Assembly (NCBI GenBank): GCA_964615535.1
Contig: CAZTNV010000001.1
Location: 3,012 to 59,505 of the forward strand
Source: an uncultured Mycobacteriaceae bacterium
Lineage (GTDB): Bacteria; Pseudomonadota; Alphaproteobacteria; DSM-16000; Inquilinaceae
Length of the DNA: 56,494 nt
Reading direction: 5' to 3'
A program made the translations under genes and the position numbers. The notes beneath the pieces were generated by a model, which saw only the letters and a list, made by a program, of their open reading frames with translations, was not told where the DNA came from and did no database searches. This document shows positions 24,880 to 34,113 of this stretch, piece by piece. How positions within the stretch are numbered: the stretch's first letter is position 1; every line of letters starts with the position of its first letter.

Positions 24880-25016
24880 CGGCTCCTGTCGCGCGACCAC
24901 GGGCCGGGCCGGCCGAATCTTCGGAATTGGGTTGCAGTTTTCCCGCGCGGGGCGGCGGCGGGTCGGTGCAAGTGCGACTGGTTGCGCCCTCGCGTGACTG
25001 AGTATCGGAGATCCCC

Positions 25017-27236
25017 ATGTCGCTTCCCTGTCCGTCGTCGACCGGCCGCCGCGCCGGCTCGGCCGTTCTGTTTCGTGCGCTGCTCCTCGGTGCGGTGTCC
25101 GTTGCGGCAATCGCGCCGGCCCCGGGCGATCCGGCGGTGGCGCAGGAAGCGCCCGCCGGGCCGGATGATGCCCTGGTTCTCCCGGCGGTGACCGTGACCG
25201 CACGCCGCGCCGAGGAGTTGCTGCGCGACGTACCCTTCACCCTGTCGGTGATCGGCGGCGAGGAGATCGAGCAGCGGCGTCTGCTGTCCTTTGAAGACGT
25301 GCTGCGCCAGACTCCGGGGGTTTCCGTGAACTCCAATACGAGTTCGAACATAGCCGTCCGCATCCGCGGCGTCGGGTCCCTGACCCGGACGAGCGCCGAC
25401 GACAATTCCGTCGTGGTCTATGTCGACGGCCAGCCGCAACCCCTCTCCAGCGCCACGCTGAGCACCTTCGACGTCGAGCGGGTCGAGATCCTGAGAGGAC
25501 CGCAGGGCACCCTGTTCGGCCGCAACAGCGAGGGCGGCGCGATCAACATCGTCAATCGCAGGCCAACCCGCACGGTCGAAGGGTATCTGACCGGGGAGGT
25601 GGGAACCGAGGGGCACTGGCTGGGCGAGGGCGCCGTGAGCGGGCCGCTGACCGACAGCCTGAGCGGCCGCCTGGCGTTCCGCTACGCGCGCCGCGACAAT
25701 GCCGTCCACAATCTGCGCAACGGCGAGCCCTTGAGCTCACCCCAGGATTTTGGCGTCCGGGGCATCCTGGAATGGCGTCCGGCGGACGGCACCGCGCTGA
25801 CCTTCACGGCGGCCCATGAACAGGCGCGCGACACCGGCGCCGCCAATCCGCTGCGACCCCACCGCGACCCGCCCTTTATGGATGTCCCGATCGGCAGCAT
25901 CGACGAGGATCTGGTTCAAACCCGCGTCGGGCTCGAGGCCTCCCATGCCTTGGACTGGGGCGTCCTGACCTCGGTGACCAGCTATAACAATACCGACAAC
26001 AGGTCGGAGGGCCCCTTCTACGACGGCCTGCTCTTGCGGCAACTCATCGGCACGAGTCTGGCCTCGTTCCGTGCCTTTGAAACCAATCTGAACACCTTCA
26101 ACCAGGAATTCAGGCTGTCGTCCCTTCCGGAGAGCAACATATTCTGGGTCGCCGGCGTCAATTTTTTCCATTCCCGGCGTTCTCTCGACACGCGTGACGC
26201 CTTCGACAATCTGAATCCTGCCAATCCTTTCAATGCCGACATCGACCGCGACTACTCGACGACGTCCGGCGCCGTGTTCGGCGAAGCGACCTATCCGCTG
26301 ACCGAGGCGCTCCGGGTCACCGCCGGCCTGCGCCACACCTGGGAACGACGGACCTACGAAGCGGTGTGGCGCGCCAATGCCGGCAATCCGAACCCGGTGC
26401 GCAGCGCCACCGACGACCAGACGCTGAACGACAATTTCACCACCGTGCGGCTGGGCCTCAGCTATGCGGTGAACGATGCGACCACCGTCTACGGTGTCTA
26501 TGCGCGGGGCTACAACCCCGGCGGATTCAGCGATTTCGGCACCAACGTCGCCCGGGGGCTGCCCGACCTGCCCTATTCCGCGGCGATCGTCGACAGCTAC
26601 GAGATCGGGGTCAGGAACGTCCTGGATGGCGGCCGCCTGACCTTCAATGCCGCCCTGTTCTACAACGACACGAAGGATGACCACCTCTACATCTTCGACC
26701 CGATCACCGCAACCGTCGCCCCGGAGAATGCCGATACCCGCAGCATGGGCGTCGAGCTCGAAGGCGCCTGGGCGATCGGCGGCGGGTTCACGCTTGCGGG
26801 GAGCGCCGCCTACACCCACGCCACCATCGAGTCGGTCCCGGCGACCCCCGGTGCCAACATACGCCAGGGAAACCGGGTGCCCGACGTGCCGCGGTGGAGC
26901 ACCGCCGTCTCCCTGCTGCACCAGATCGATCTGCCGCCGTTTCTCGGCATCGACGCCCCCCAGCTCGGCAGCGGGCTGACCTACCGGTATGTCAGCACGC
27001 GCCCCGCCGATCCGCAGAACAATTTCGAACTGGACGCCTACCATGACCTCGGCCTGAGGGTCGGCATCGCCGCCGGCCAGGCGGAAGTCTATCTCTGGGG
27101 GCAGAACCTCCTGGACGAACGCTACGATCTTAACGGCTTCTACTACCCGGCCTTCGTCCCCGGCGGTTCGACCGCCACCATCGGCGCCGTCTCGCAAGGA
27201 CGCACCTTCGGTGTGGGGGCGCGGTTTGCGTTCTGA
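25017..27236 (+). CDS. TonB-dependent outer-membrane siderophore receptor
   Basis: Signal peptide, TonB box DALVLPAVTVTA, plug region RDVPFTLSVIGGEEIEQRRLLSFEDVLRQTPGV, and terminal beta-strand GRTFGVGARFAF ending in Phe. Confidence 0.9.
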   Translation: MSLPCPSSTGRRAGSAVLFRALLLGAVSVAAIAPAPGDPAVAQEAPAGPDDALVLPAVTVTARRAEELLRDVPFTLSVIGGEEIEQRRLLSFEDVLRQTPGVSVNSNTSSNIAVRIRGVGSLTRTSADDNSVVVYVDGQPQPLSSATLSTFDVERVEILRGPQGTLFGRNSEGGAINIVNRRPTRTVEGYLTGEVGTEGHWLGEGAVSGPLTDSLSGRLAFRYARRDNAVHNLRNGEPLSSPQDFGVRGILEWRPADGTALTFTAAHEQARDTGAANPLRPHRDPPFMDVPIGSIDEDLVQTRVGLEASHALDWGVLTSVTSYNNTDNRSEGPFYDGLLLRQLIGTSLASFRAFETNLNTFNQEFRLSSLPESNIFWVAGVNFFHSRRSLDTRDAFDNLNPANPFNADIDRDYSTTSGAVFGEATYPLTEALRVTAGLRHTWERRTYEAVWRANAGNPNPVRSATDDQTLNDNFTTVRLGLSYAVNDATTVYGVYARGYNPGGFSDFGTNVARGLPDLPYSAAIVDSYEIGVRNVLDGGRLTFNAALFYNDTKDDHLYIFDPITATVAPENADTRSMGVELEGAWAIGGGFTLAGSAAYTHATIESVPATPGANIRQGNRVPDVPRWSTAVSLLHQIDLPPFLGIDAPQLGSGLTYRYVSTRPADPQNNFELDAYHDLGLRVGIAAGQAEVYLWGQNLLDERYDLNGFYYPAFVPGGSTATIGAVSQGRTFGVGARFAF

Positions 27237-27654
27237 CGGGATTGCTCCGGCGGCGGGCACGGCGGTACGGGGAAACCTTACCGGCGTCCCGGAGTCGCGG
27301 CCGCGCTGCGGCGCCGGTGCGGCGACGCCGCCGAGGTGCCGCCGCTCCCCGGGATCCTTTCGCGCCGTGACGCGGCTGCGGTTCGGCGGCGGGCCTGGGA
27401 TGCCGGCGGGCATCGCGGCCCGCATCCTTTACGACCTGCTGCCCGGCGCGGGCATCAGGCGGCCGGCCGTCGGCCATCCACTCGCCGATGCACCCGGCAT
27501 CACCTGAGGCCCGCCTCGATCGACGCCGACCGTGGTGCGGTCGCCGGGTCCGCAGGCGCCGCCGGACGGCCGGTCCCGTCCTTCGGTTCGACGGTCGCGG
27601 TCGATGATCATGGGATGGACGATGATGACGACCGATGCTGCCGAAAGGAGAACG

Positions 27655-28704
27655 ATGGCAAGCCCCCATGCCCCCTCGCAAGCTGCGATCCCGGCCATGC
27701 GCCGGGCTCGGACGGCCTGGCTGGCCGCGCTGCTCGTGCTCGCGTGGGGGACCTGTCCGGCCGCGGCGCAAGCCGTGCCGGACGGCCCCGCCACATCCGA
27801 GGCGTTGGCGGTCGAAGATGCGCCGGTGCCGTCGCCCGCCGAAGCCGCCCGGCCGGAGGCGATGGCGGAGCCGCGGATCGGGGAGGGGACGGCCGGTTCC
27901 GCAGCGCCGGATGCCGGTGCCCCCGCACTGCCCGACGGTGCCGTGCCGGCGACGTCCCCGGCCGGTCCGGCCGCGGCGGACAATGCCGGCGACCGGCCGT
28001 CGGTCCGGGCGACACTGCCGCACGATCTGTCGCCCTGGGGCATGTTCATGGCGGCGGACTGGGTGGTGAAGGGGGTGATGATTGCGCTGGTCCTGGCGTC
28101 GGTGCTGGTGTGGACGGTATGGCTGACCAAGAGCGTGGAACTGGCCACGGCCCGGCGCCGGGCGAAGCGGGCGCTGGTCCTGCTGGGCACGGCGCGGTCG
28201 CTGGCCGAGGCGACGGAAAAGGTCGGGTTCCTTGGCACGCCGGCGGCCGCCATGGTGCGCGCGGCCACCCAGGAACTCCATCTGTCCGCCGATGCCCTGG
28301 ATCGGGATGGCGTGAAGGAGCGCGTCGCCTCGCAGTTGGAGCGGATCGAGGCGGCAGCCGGGCGGCGCATGGCCGCCGCCACCGGGATTCTGGCCAATAT
28401 CGGCTCGACCGCGCCGTTCGTCGGGCTGTTCGGCACGGTCTGGGGGATCATGAACAGCTTCATCGGCATTTCCACCGCGCAGACCACCAACCTCGCCGTG
28501 GTGGCGCCGGGCATCGCCGAGGCCCTGCTCGCCACCGCCGCCGGGTTGATCGCCGCCATCCCCGCGGTGGTCATCTACAACCTGCTGGTCAGGTCGATCG
28601 CCGGTTGCCGGGCGCTGCTGGCCGACGCCTCGGCCGAAATCCGGCGGCTGGTCTCGCGCGACCTCGACCGCGGCGCCCTCCGGCATGCATCCGCGGCGGA
28701 GTAG
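27655..28704 (+). CDS. exbB: ExbB (MotA/TolQ/ExbB proton channel) with long N-terminal extension
   Basis: AAAGGAG lies 4 nt before the [23 protein letters not shown] and [27 protein letters not shown] are the family signatures. About 124 aa of signal-like plus Ala/Pro-rich sequence precede the conserved core. Confidence 0.9.
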   Translation: MASPHAPSQAAIPAMRRARTAWLAALLVLAWGTCPAAAQAVPDGPATSEALAVEDAPVPSPAEAARPEAMAEPRIGEGTAGSAAPDAGAPALPDGAVPATSPAGPAAADNAGDRPSVRATLPHDLSPWGMFMAADWVVKGVMIALVLASVLVWTVWLTKSVELATARRRAKRALVLLGTARSLAEATEKVGFLGTPAAAMVRAATQELHLSADALDRDGVKERVASQLERIEAAAGRRMAAATGILANIGSTAPFVGLFGTVWGIMNSFIGISTAQTTNLAVVAPGIAEALLATAAGLIAAIPAVVIYNLLVRSIAGCRALLADASAEIRRLVSRDLDRGALRHASAAE

Positions 28705-28708
28705 GACC

Positions 28709-29134
28709 ATGGGCGCCAGACTGGACGACGACCCCGGCGAGCTGGCCGAGACCCACGAGATCAATGTCACGCCGTTCATCGACGTGATGCTTGTCCTGCT
28801 CATCATTTTCATGGTGGCGGCGCCGCTGGCGACCGTGGACGTGCCGGTGGACCTGCCGGCCTCCACCGCCCGGCCGCAGGCGGCACCCGACCGGCCGTTG
28901 TACCTGACCGTGCAGGCCGACGGCGCCCTGTGGCTTGGCGATGAGCCGGTGGCCCGCGCGGCGCTGGGTGCGGCGCTGGATGCGGCGTCCGGCGGCGACA
29001 CCGACCGGCGGGTCCTTCTGCGCCTCGACCGGACGGTGGCGTACGGGGAGCTGATGGCGGTGATGAACCTGCTGCGCGCTGCCGGTTATCTGAAGGTGGC
29101 GCTGGTCGGGCTGGAAGGCGTGGAGTCGCAGTGA
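28709..29134 (+). CDS. exbD: ExbD (biopolymer transport protein)
   Basis: EINVTPFIDVMLVLLIIFMVAAPL is the ExbD/TolR signature. Confidence 0.9.
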   Translation: MGARLDDDPGELAETHEINVTPFIDVMLVLLIIFMVAAPLATVDVPVDLPASTARPQAAPDRPLYLTVQADGALWLGDEPVARAALGAALDAASGGDTDRRVLLRLDRTVAYGELMAVMNLLRAAGYLKVALVGLEGVESQ

Positions 29135-30036
29135 CCAGGGCACCGGACGGCGGCTGGCGGGGATGGGACGGCAGCAGCCCCGGCAGGATCGGCTGGGGCG
29201 CAAGCTTTCTCGTTATGCTGGTGCTCCATGCCGGTGCCGCAGTCGGCCTGATCGGATGGCAAATTCCGGCGGTGCCGCCGGAGCCGCCGCCCCCCCTGGT
29301 GATGATGGAACTCGCCCTGCTGCCGGCCTCGGCCGCCGGTGGGCCGGCGGCCGTCGCGCCGGAACCCGAGCCGCCGCCGCCCGAGCCGGTCGCCGAGGCG
29401 GAACCCGAGCCGCCGCCGCCCGAGCCGGTCGCCGAAAGGCCGCCCGCGCCGCCGCCGCCCGAACCGCCGCCGCCCGAGCCGATCGCCGAGGCGGAACCGC
29501 CGCCCGCGCCGGCACCGGACTTTCCCCGGCCGAGACATCGCCCTCCAGCGGAGCCGCGTCCCCCGGATCCAGGCCTCCGGGTGCGGACCGCCCCGGCCCC
29601 GCCACCTGCGGCAGACCGGCCGGCGCCGCGCCGTCCTACCCATCCGGTCGCCAGTCCGGCCGCCGCCGCGCCGGCTCCGGTCGATCCGCGGCCGGCTCAG
29701 GCCGCCGCCGCGCCGGGAGCCGCGGCATCCCCGGTGGCGGCAAGCCGCAGCCGGTCGACCTGGCAGGCCCTGCTGGTCGCCCATCTCGAGCGGCACAAGC
29801 GCTATCCCCGCGCGGCACGGCTGCACCGCCAGCAGGGCGTGGCCTATGTCCGGTTCACCATCGACCGGACGGGCAACGTGCTGTCCCGGCGCCTGGAGCG
29901 CAGCTCCGGTCATGCCGCCCTGGACGAGGAAACGGTGGAGCTGCTGCAGCGCGCTTCGCCGCTGCCCGCGCCGCCGCCGGAGATCGCACGGGACCGCATG
30001 GAGATGGTCGTGCCCGTCCAGTTCAACCTGCGCTGA
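29131..30036 (+). CDS. tonB: TonB energy transducer
   Basis: GTGA overlap with the exbD stop. N-terminal TM helix, long (EP/PP)n spacer, and C-terminal domain YPRAARLHRQQGVAYVRFTIDRTGNVLS..ALDEETVELLQRASPLP. Confidence 0.9.
   Translation: MTRAPDGGWRGWDGSSPGRIGWGASFLVMLVLHAGAAVGLIGWQIPAVPPEPPPPLVMMELALLPASAAGGPAAVAPEPEPPPPEPVAEAEPEPPPPEPVAERPPAPPPPEPPPPEPIAEAEPPPAPAPDFPRPRHRPPAEPRPPDPGLRVRTAPAPPPAADRPAPRRPTHPVASPAAAAPAPVDPRPAQAAAAPGAAASPVAASRSRSTWQALLVAHLERHKRYPRAARLHRQQGVAYVRFTIDRTGNVLSRRLERSSGHAALDEETVELLQRASPLPAPPPEIARDRMEMVVPVQFNLR
29362..29439 (+). repeat. 39 bp tandem repeat x2 (36/39 identical) encoding EPEPPPPEPVAEA in the TonB spacer, with a third degenerate copy to about 29510
   Basis: gaacccgagccgccgccgcccgagccggtcgccga(ggcg/aagg) read directly. 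Confidence 0.85.
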
Positions 30037-30326
30037 GCGCCGGCTCCGTCGGTCTTCCCAGTTGACGGGGTCTCACAGCCGGCAAATCTTTCGGCCGCCA
30101 AGCCGGCTCCTCGATGCGGGAATGACTCTCCGCCGATCCACGCACGCCGGTTCCCGCAGCGCTGCGTTCCGGTTTTCTGTCGCTACGATCCCAGGGCCAC
30201 CCGACCATGTGCCAACCACTTCATATGGCAAGTCCCGCCCTGATCGACCCTATGCGGCTCAATCGACGGAGTCCTGCCAAGGGTGACCGTGACGGAGAGC
30301 CGGCGGCCGAACCGGTGGGGTTCGAC

Positions 30327-31022
30327 ATGACCGCAGATCCGCCGGTACCGCTGGGGGTCGAGATCAGGCTGCGTCGTGCCGATGGCCACGCATGGCCGCT
30401 CTACGACCCGGCGGCCCTGCCTCCCGAGGATCTTGCCCGTGCCGCGCGCTTCGTCTCGCCGCGCGACGCCGCGCTGTGGCGCGAGGCGCGCTTCCTGCTC
30501 CGGAGCACGCTCGCCGCACGACTCGGCGGCGCGCCCGCAAGGCTGGCGCTCACGCGCGGACCGCACGGCAAGCCCGCAACCGACGCGCCGCTGCGCTTCA
30601 GCCTTTCGCATGCGGCCGATCTCGCGCTCCTGGCTCTGGCGGACGACGGCCACGCGGAACTGGGCGCCGACATCGAACCCGAGGAGCGGCCCATCGCGCC
30701 GGAGCTTTTCGCCGCCGCCACCGCGCCCGAGGAGGCAGGCTGGCTCGATGGCCTGCCCGCGCATCGGCGCGGACGCGCCTTCCTGGTCCTCTGGACGCTC
30801 AAGGAGAGCGTGCTCAAGGCCGCCGGGACCGGGCTGTACCAGTCGCCCGCGGCGATCGTGTTCGACCCGCGGACCCTGCGGCTGCAGCGTCTGCCCCCCG
30901 CCATCGGGCCGGCCGAGGATTACAGCCTGCACATCCTGGCCGCGCCTGCGGGGCATCTCGCTGCGCTGGCCGTGCGGGACCCGCTGAGGCGGCCGGTGCG
31001 CATCATCTGGCCGGATGCGTGA
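30327..31022 (+). CDS. Sfp/EntD-type 4'-phosphopantetheinyl transferase
   Basis: PHGKP, RFSLSHA, GADIE and WTLKESVLKAAGTG motifs. Start at MTADPP is uncertain; ATGs at 30225 and 30252 are possible. Confidence 0.8.
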   Translation: MTADPPVPLGVEIRLRRADGHAWPLYDPAALPPEDLARAARFVSPRDAALWREARFLLRSTLAARLGGAPARLALTRGPHGKPATDAPLRFSLSHAADLALLALADDGHAELGADIEPEERPIAPELFAAATAPEEAGWLDGLPAHRRGRAFLVLWTLKESVLKAAGTGLYQSPAAIVFDPRTLRLQRLPPAIGPAEDYSLHILAAPAGHLAALAVRDPLRRPVRIIWPDA

Positions 31023-34000
31023 GCGGAACCGGCGTTCCGCGCCACCGTGCGATCCGGTCCTCGATCGCCGCCATGCAGACATAGCCCGCCGGCACGACGA
31101 GGAGGCTGAGCAGCGTGGAGGAGAGCAGCCCGCCGATCGCCACCATCGCCATGGGCGCGCGGAACTCGGCATCGGCGCCGATGCCGGCGGCGATGTGCGC
31201 CATGCCCGCGCACATCGCCGCCGTCGTCATCACGACCGGTCGCGCCCGCTTCATCGCCGCCTCCCGCGCCGCCGCGCGCGCCGAAAGTCCCTGCGCGCGC
31301 CGGGCGACAATCGCGTATTCCACGATCAGGATCGAGTTCTTGGCAACGATGCCCATCAGCATCAGCAGCCCGATCACGGCCGAAAGGCCGAGCGGCCGCC
31401 CCGTCATCAGCAGCGCCAGCAGCGCCCCGGTCAGGGCCAGGGGCAGGGCCGCGAGGATGACCAAAGGCTGCAGGAAGCTGCCGAAAAGCAGTACGAGAAC
31501 GAGGTAGACGCAGCCGATTCCGGCCGCCATGGCGAAGGCGAAGCCGGCGAAGAGCTCGCGCATCGTCGCCGCGTCGCCCAGCGCCTCGCGCCCGATGCCC
31601 GCGGGCAGCGAGGTCATCACGGGCAGCGCATCGACGAGCGCGACCGCCTCGCCGAGCGGCATGCCGCCGGTCTCCGCCTCCACCGTCACGCGGCGCTGGC
31701 GGTCGAGGCGGTCGAGCCGCGACGGGCCGCCCCCGCTCTCGATGTGCAGGAGCTGCGCAAGCGGCACCTGCGCGCCCGAAGGTGTCGCAAGGGTCAGGCG
31801 TTCCAGCGTTTCAGGCGATCTGCGCCACGCCTCGTCAGTCATCACGCGCACCGGTACCCGGCGGCCCGGCTGGTCGAAGCGCGGCAGGTTGCTGGCAACG
31901 TCGCCGATCGTCGCGATGCGGATCGTCTGCGCAATGGCCGCGGTCGTGACGCCGAGATCCGCGGCGCCGGCGGCATCAGGCACGAGGCGCAGCTCCGGCC
32001 GCTCCAGGCTGGCTGCGGAACGTACCGCGGCGAACCGGCCGAGGCCGCGCATCTGCCGCTCGAGCTCGGCCGCGGTCGTGGCCAGCAGCGCCGGATCCTC
32101 TCCCATCAGCGTCACCTGCAATCGGGCCGCGCCCTGCCCGTCGGCGCCGAAGCGGAAGCGTGCGCCGGGCAGATCCGCCAGCGCCGCGCGCAGCGCCGCC
32201 TCGACCGCCCGTTGCGAGAGCGCGCGGTCGCCGCGCGGCACCAGCGTGACGATGAAGTTCGCCATGCGCGGCTCCCCGGTCCGCGTGGAGGCGCCTATCC
32301 CGGCCTGACCGCTCACCACGGTGCCGAGGGAGGTGAAGACGGCGGCCACCTCGGGGCGCGCGCGAATCAGCCGCGTCGCCTCGGCGGCGGTGCGCGCCGT
32401 GACGGCGAGCGGCGCGCCCGGCGGCAGCTCCATCGCGATGCCGATGCGCCCGCGATCCGGCGCGGCCAGGAAGTCGCGCGGGATCAGCGGCGCGAGCGCG
32501 ACAGACACTCCGAGCAGCGCCACCCCCGCCGCCAGCGTCAGCCGGGGCCGATCGAGCGCCCGGCGCAGCAACGATCCATAGCCGCGCATCAGCGGCCCGG
32601 CAGGACGCGGCGGCGGCCCCGGCCGCAGCGCGTGAGCGGCGAGCAGTGGCGTCAGCATCCGCGCCACCACCAGGGAAAAGAAGACCGCGGTTGCAACCGT
32701 CAGGCCGAACTCGCGGAAGAAGCGCCCGGGCACGCCGGGCAGGAAGGCGACGGGCACGAAGACGGCAAGAATCGTCGCCGTCGTCGCCACCACCGCGAGC
32801 CCGATCTCTGCCGAGGCCGCGAAGGCTGCGTGCCGGACGCCGCCGGCCGGATCCGCCCGCAAGTGGCGCACGACGTTCTCGACCTCGACGATCGCGTCGT
32901 CCACCAGGATGCCGACCACGAGCGTGAGGCCGAGCAGCGTCACGGTGTTGAGCGAAAATCCGGCGAGCGCGATCACGGCGAACACCGGCAGCAGCGAGAG
33001 CGGCATGGCGAGCGCGCAGATCCAGGTGGCCGACCAGTCGCGCAGGAACAGCCAGACCACCAGCATCGCCAGCGCGGCTCCGGCGAGCAGCGCCTCGATC
33101 GCGATGGCCAGCCCCTCCTCGGCATCCGTCACCGTTGCCGCGACGCGGGTGAAGGCGAGACCCGCCCGCTCGGCGCCGAGCGCCTCGAGCCGCGCCTCGA
33201 CCGCCCGCGCCACAGCGAGTTCGGAGGAGCCCCGCGCGCGCAGCACCTCGAAGGCGACCACCGGCAGCCCGTCCAGCCAGGCCGCGGTGCGGACCTCCGC
33301 CGTGCCGAGCGTCACCTCGGCGATGGCATCGAGACGCGTGAAGCCCCCGCCCGGCAACCGGACGGGATGGGCAGCAAGTGCCGCGAGGCTCGGCGCCGCG
33401 CCGAGCGCGCGAATCCACTGCTCTTCGCCGCCCAGTCCCATTCTTCCGCCCGGCAGGTCCCGCAAGTCGGCCAGGAGCTGCGCACTCACCTCCGCCGCGC
33501 CGAGCCCATGCGCGAGCAGCCGGTCGGGCCGCAGCGCCACGCGCACCTCTTCGTCGGCGCCGCCGATCCGCACCACCTCCGCCACGCCACGGATGCCGAG
33601 CAGCGCGCGCGACACCTCCTCGTCCACGAAGCGGCTGAGGTCGGCGGGCGACAGGCCCGGGGCGGAGACCGCATAAGTCAGGATTGCGCCGCCCGAAGAG
33701 TCCAGCGGCGTGATCACCGGCTCCAGGATGCCGCCCGGCAACTCGGCGCGGATGCGGCCGGTCCGGTCGCGCACATCGGCGGTCGCGGCGGCGACGTCGC
33801 GGCCGAGGGTGAACTCGACATAGGTCAGCGAGAGACCCTCGGTCACCGCGGAATGGATGTGCCGGATGTCGCCGATTCCGGCGATGGACTCCTCGACCAG
33901 GCGCGTGACCTGCGTCTCGATCTCGCTCGGCGCCGCGCCCGGATAGGCGATGCCAACCTGCACCACGGGCAGTTCGACATCCGGCATGGCGGTCACGCGC

Positions 34001-34113
34001 AACCCCGGCCAGGCGGCGAGGCCGGCCGCGGCAAGGAAGATGAAAAGCACCGTCACCGCAACCGGATTGCGGATCGACCAGGCCGAGATGTTGCCCTGCT
34101 CGGCCGGACTCAT
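31003..34113 (-). CDS. RND-family efflux transporter permease (AcrB/HAE1-like)
   Basis: 1036 aa. N-terminal ISAWSIRNPVAVTVLFIFL, and LVVGILVDDAIVEVENVVRHL. Twelve-TM, two-large-loop layout. Confidence 0.9.
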   Translation of the reverse strand: MSPAEQGNISAWSIRNPVAVTVLFIFLAAAGLAAWPGLRVTAMPDVELPVVQVGIAYPGAAPSEIETQVTRLVEESIAGIGDIRHIHSAVTEGLSLTYVEFTLGRDVAAATADVRDRTGRIRAELPGGILEPVITPLDSSGGAILTYAVSAPGLSPADLSRFVDEEVSRALLGIRGVAEVVRIGGADEEVRVALRPDRLLAHGLGAAEVSAQLLADLRDLPGGRMGLGGEEQWIRALGAAPSLAALAAHPVRLPGGGFTRLDAIAEVTLGTAEVRTAAWLDGLPVVAFEVLRARGSSELAVARAVEARLEALGAERAGLAFTRVAATVTDAEEGLAIAIEALLAGAALAMLVVWLFLRDWSATWICALAMPLSLLPVFAVIALAGFSLNTVTLLGLTLVVGILVDDAIVEVENVVRHLRADPAGGVRHAAFAASAEIGLAVVATTATILAVFVPVAFLPGVPGRFFREFGLTVATAVFFSLVVARMLTPLLAAHALRPGPPPRPAGPLMRGYGSLLRRALDRPRLTLAAGVALLGVSVALAPLIPRDFLAAPDRGRIGIAMELPPGAPLAVTARTAAEATRLIRARPEVAAVFTSLGTVVSGQAGIGASTRTGEPRMANFIVTLVPRGDRALSQRAVEAALRAALADLPGARFRFGADGQGAARLQVTLMGEDPALLATTAAELERQMRGLGRFAAVRSAASLERPELRLVPDAAGAADLGVTTAAIAQTIRIATIGDVASNLPRFDQPGRRVPVRVMTDEAWRRSPETLERLTLATPSGAQVPLAQLLHIESGGGPSRLDRLDRQRRVTVEAETGGMPLGEAVALVDALPVMTSLPAGIGREALGDAATMRELFAGFAFAMAAGIGCVYLVLVLLFGSFLQPLVILAALPLALTGALLALLMTGRPLGLSAVIGLLMLMGIVAKNSILIVEYAIVARRAQGLSARAAAREAAMKRARPVVMTTAAMCAGMAHIAAGIGADAEFRAPMAMVAIGGLLSSTLLSLLVVPAGYVCMAAIEDRIARWRGTPVPLTHPAR

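Noticed and set aside
27211-27507. 98 aa ORF between the receptor and exbB, including a GC3-rich tail MPAGIAARILYDLLPGAGIRRPAVGHPLADAPGIT
   Set aside because: No RBS, no recognisable family, and the upstream two thirds look non-coding. At most it is a gene remnant. Kept as intergenic.
27598-27630. GATGAT-rich stretch (tcgatgatcatgggatggacgatgatgacg) upstream of exbB, considered as a second Fur box
   Set aside because: The best alignment to the 19 bp Fur consensus matches only about 9 of 19 positions. That is too weak to call without a matrix scan.
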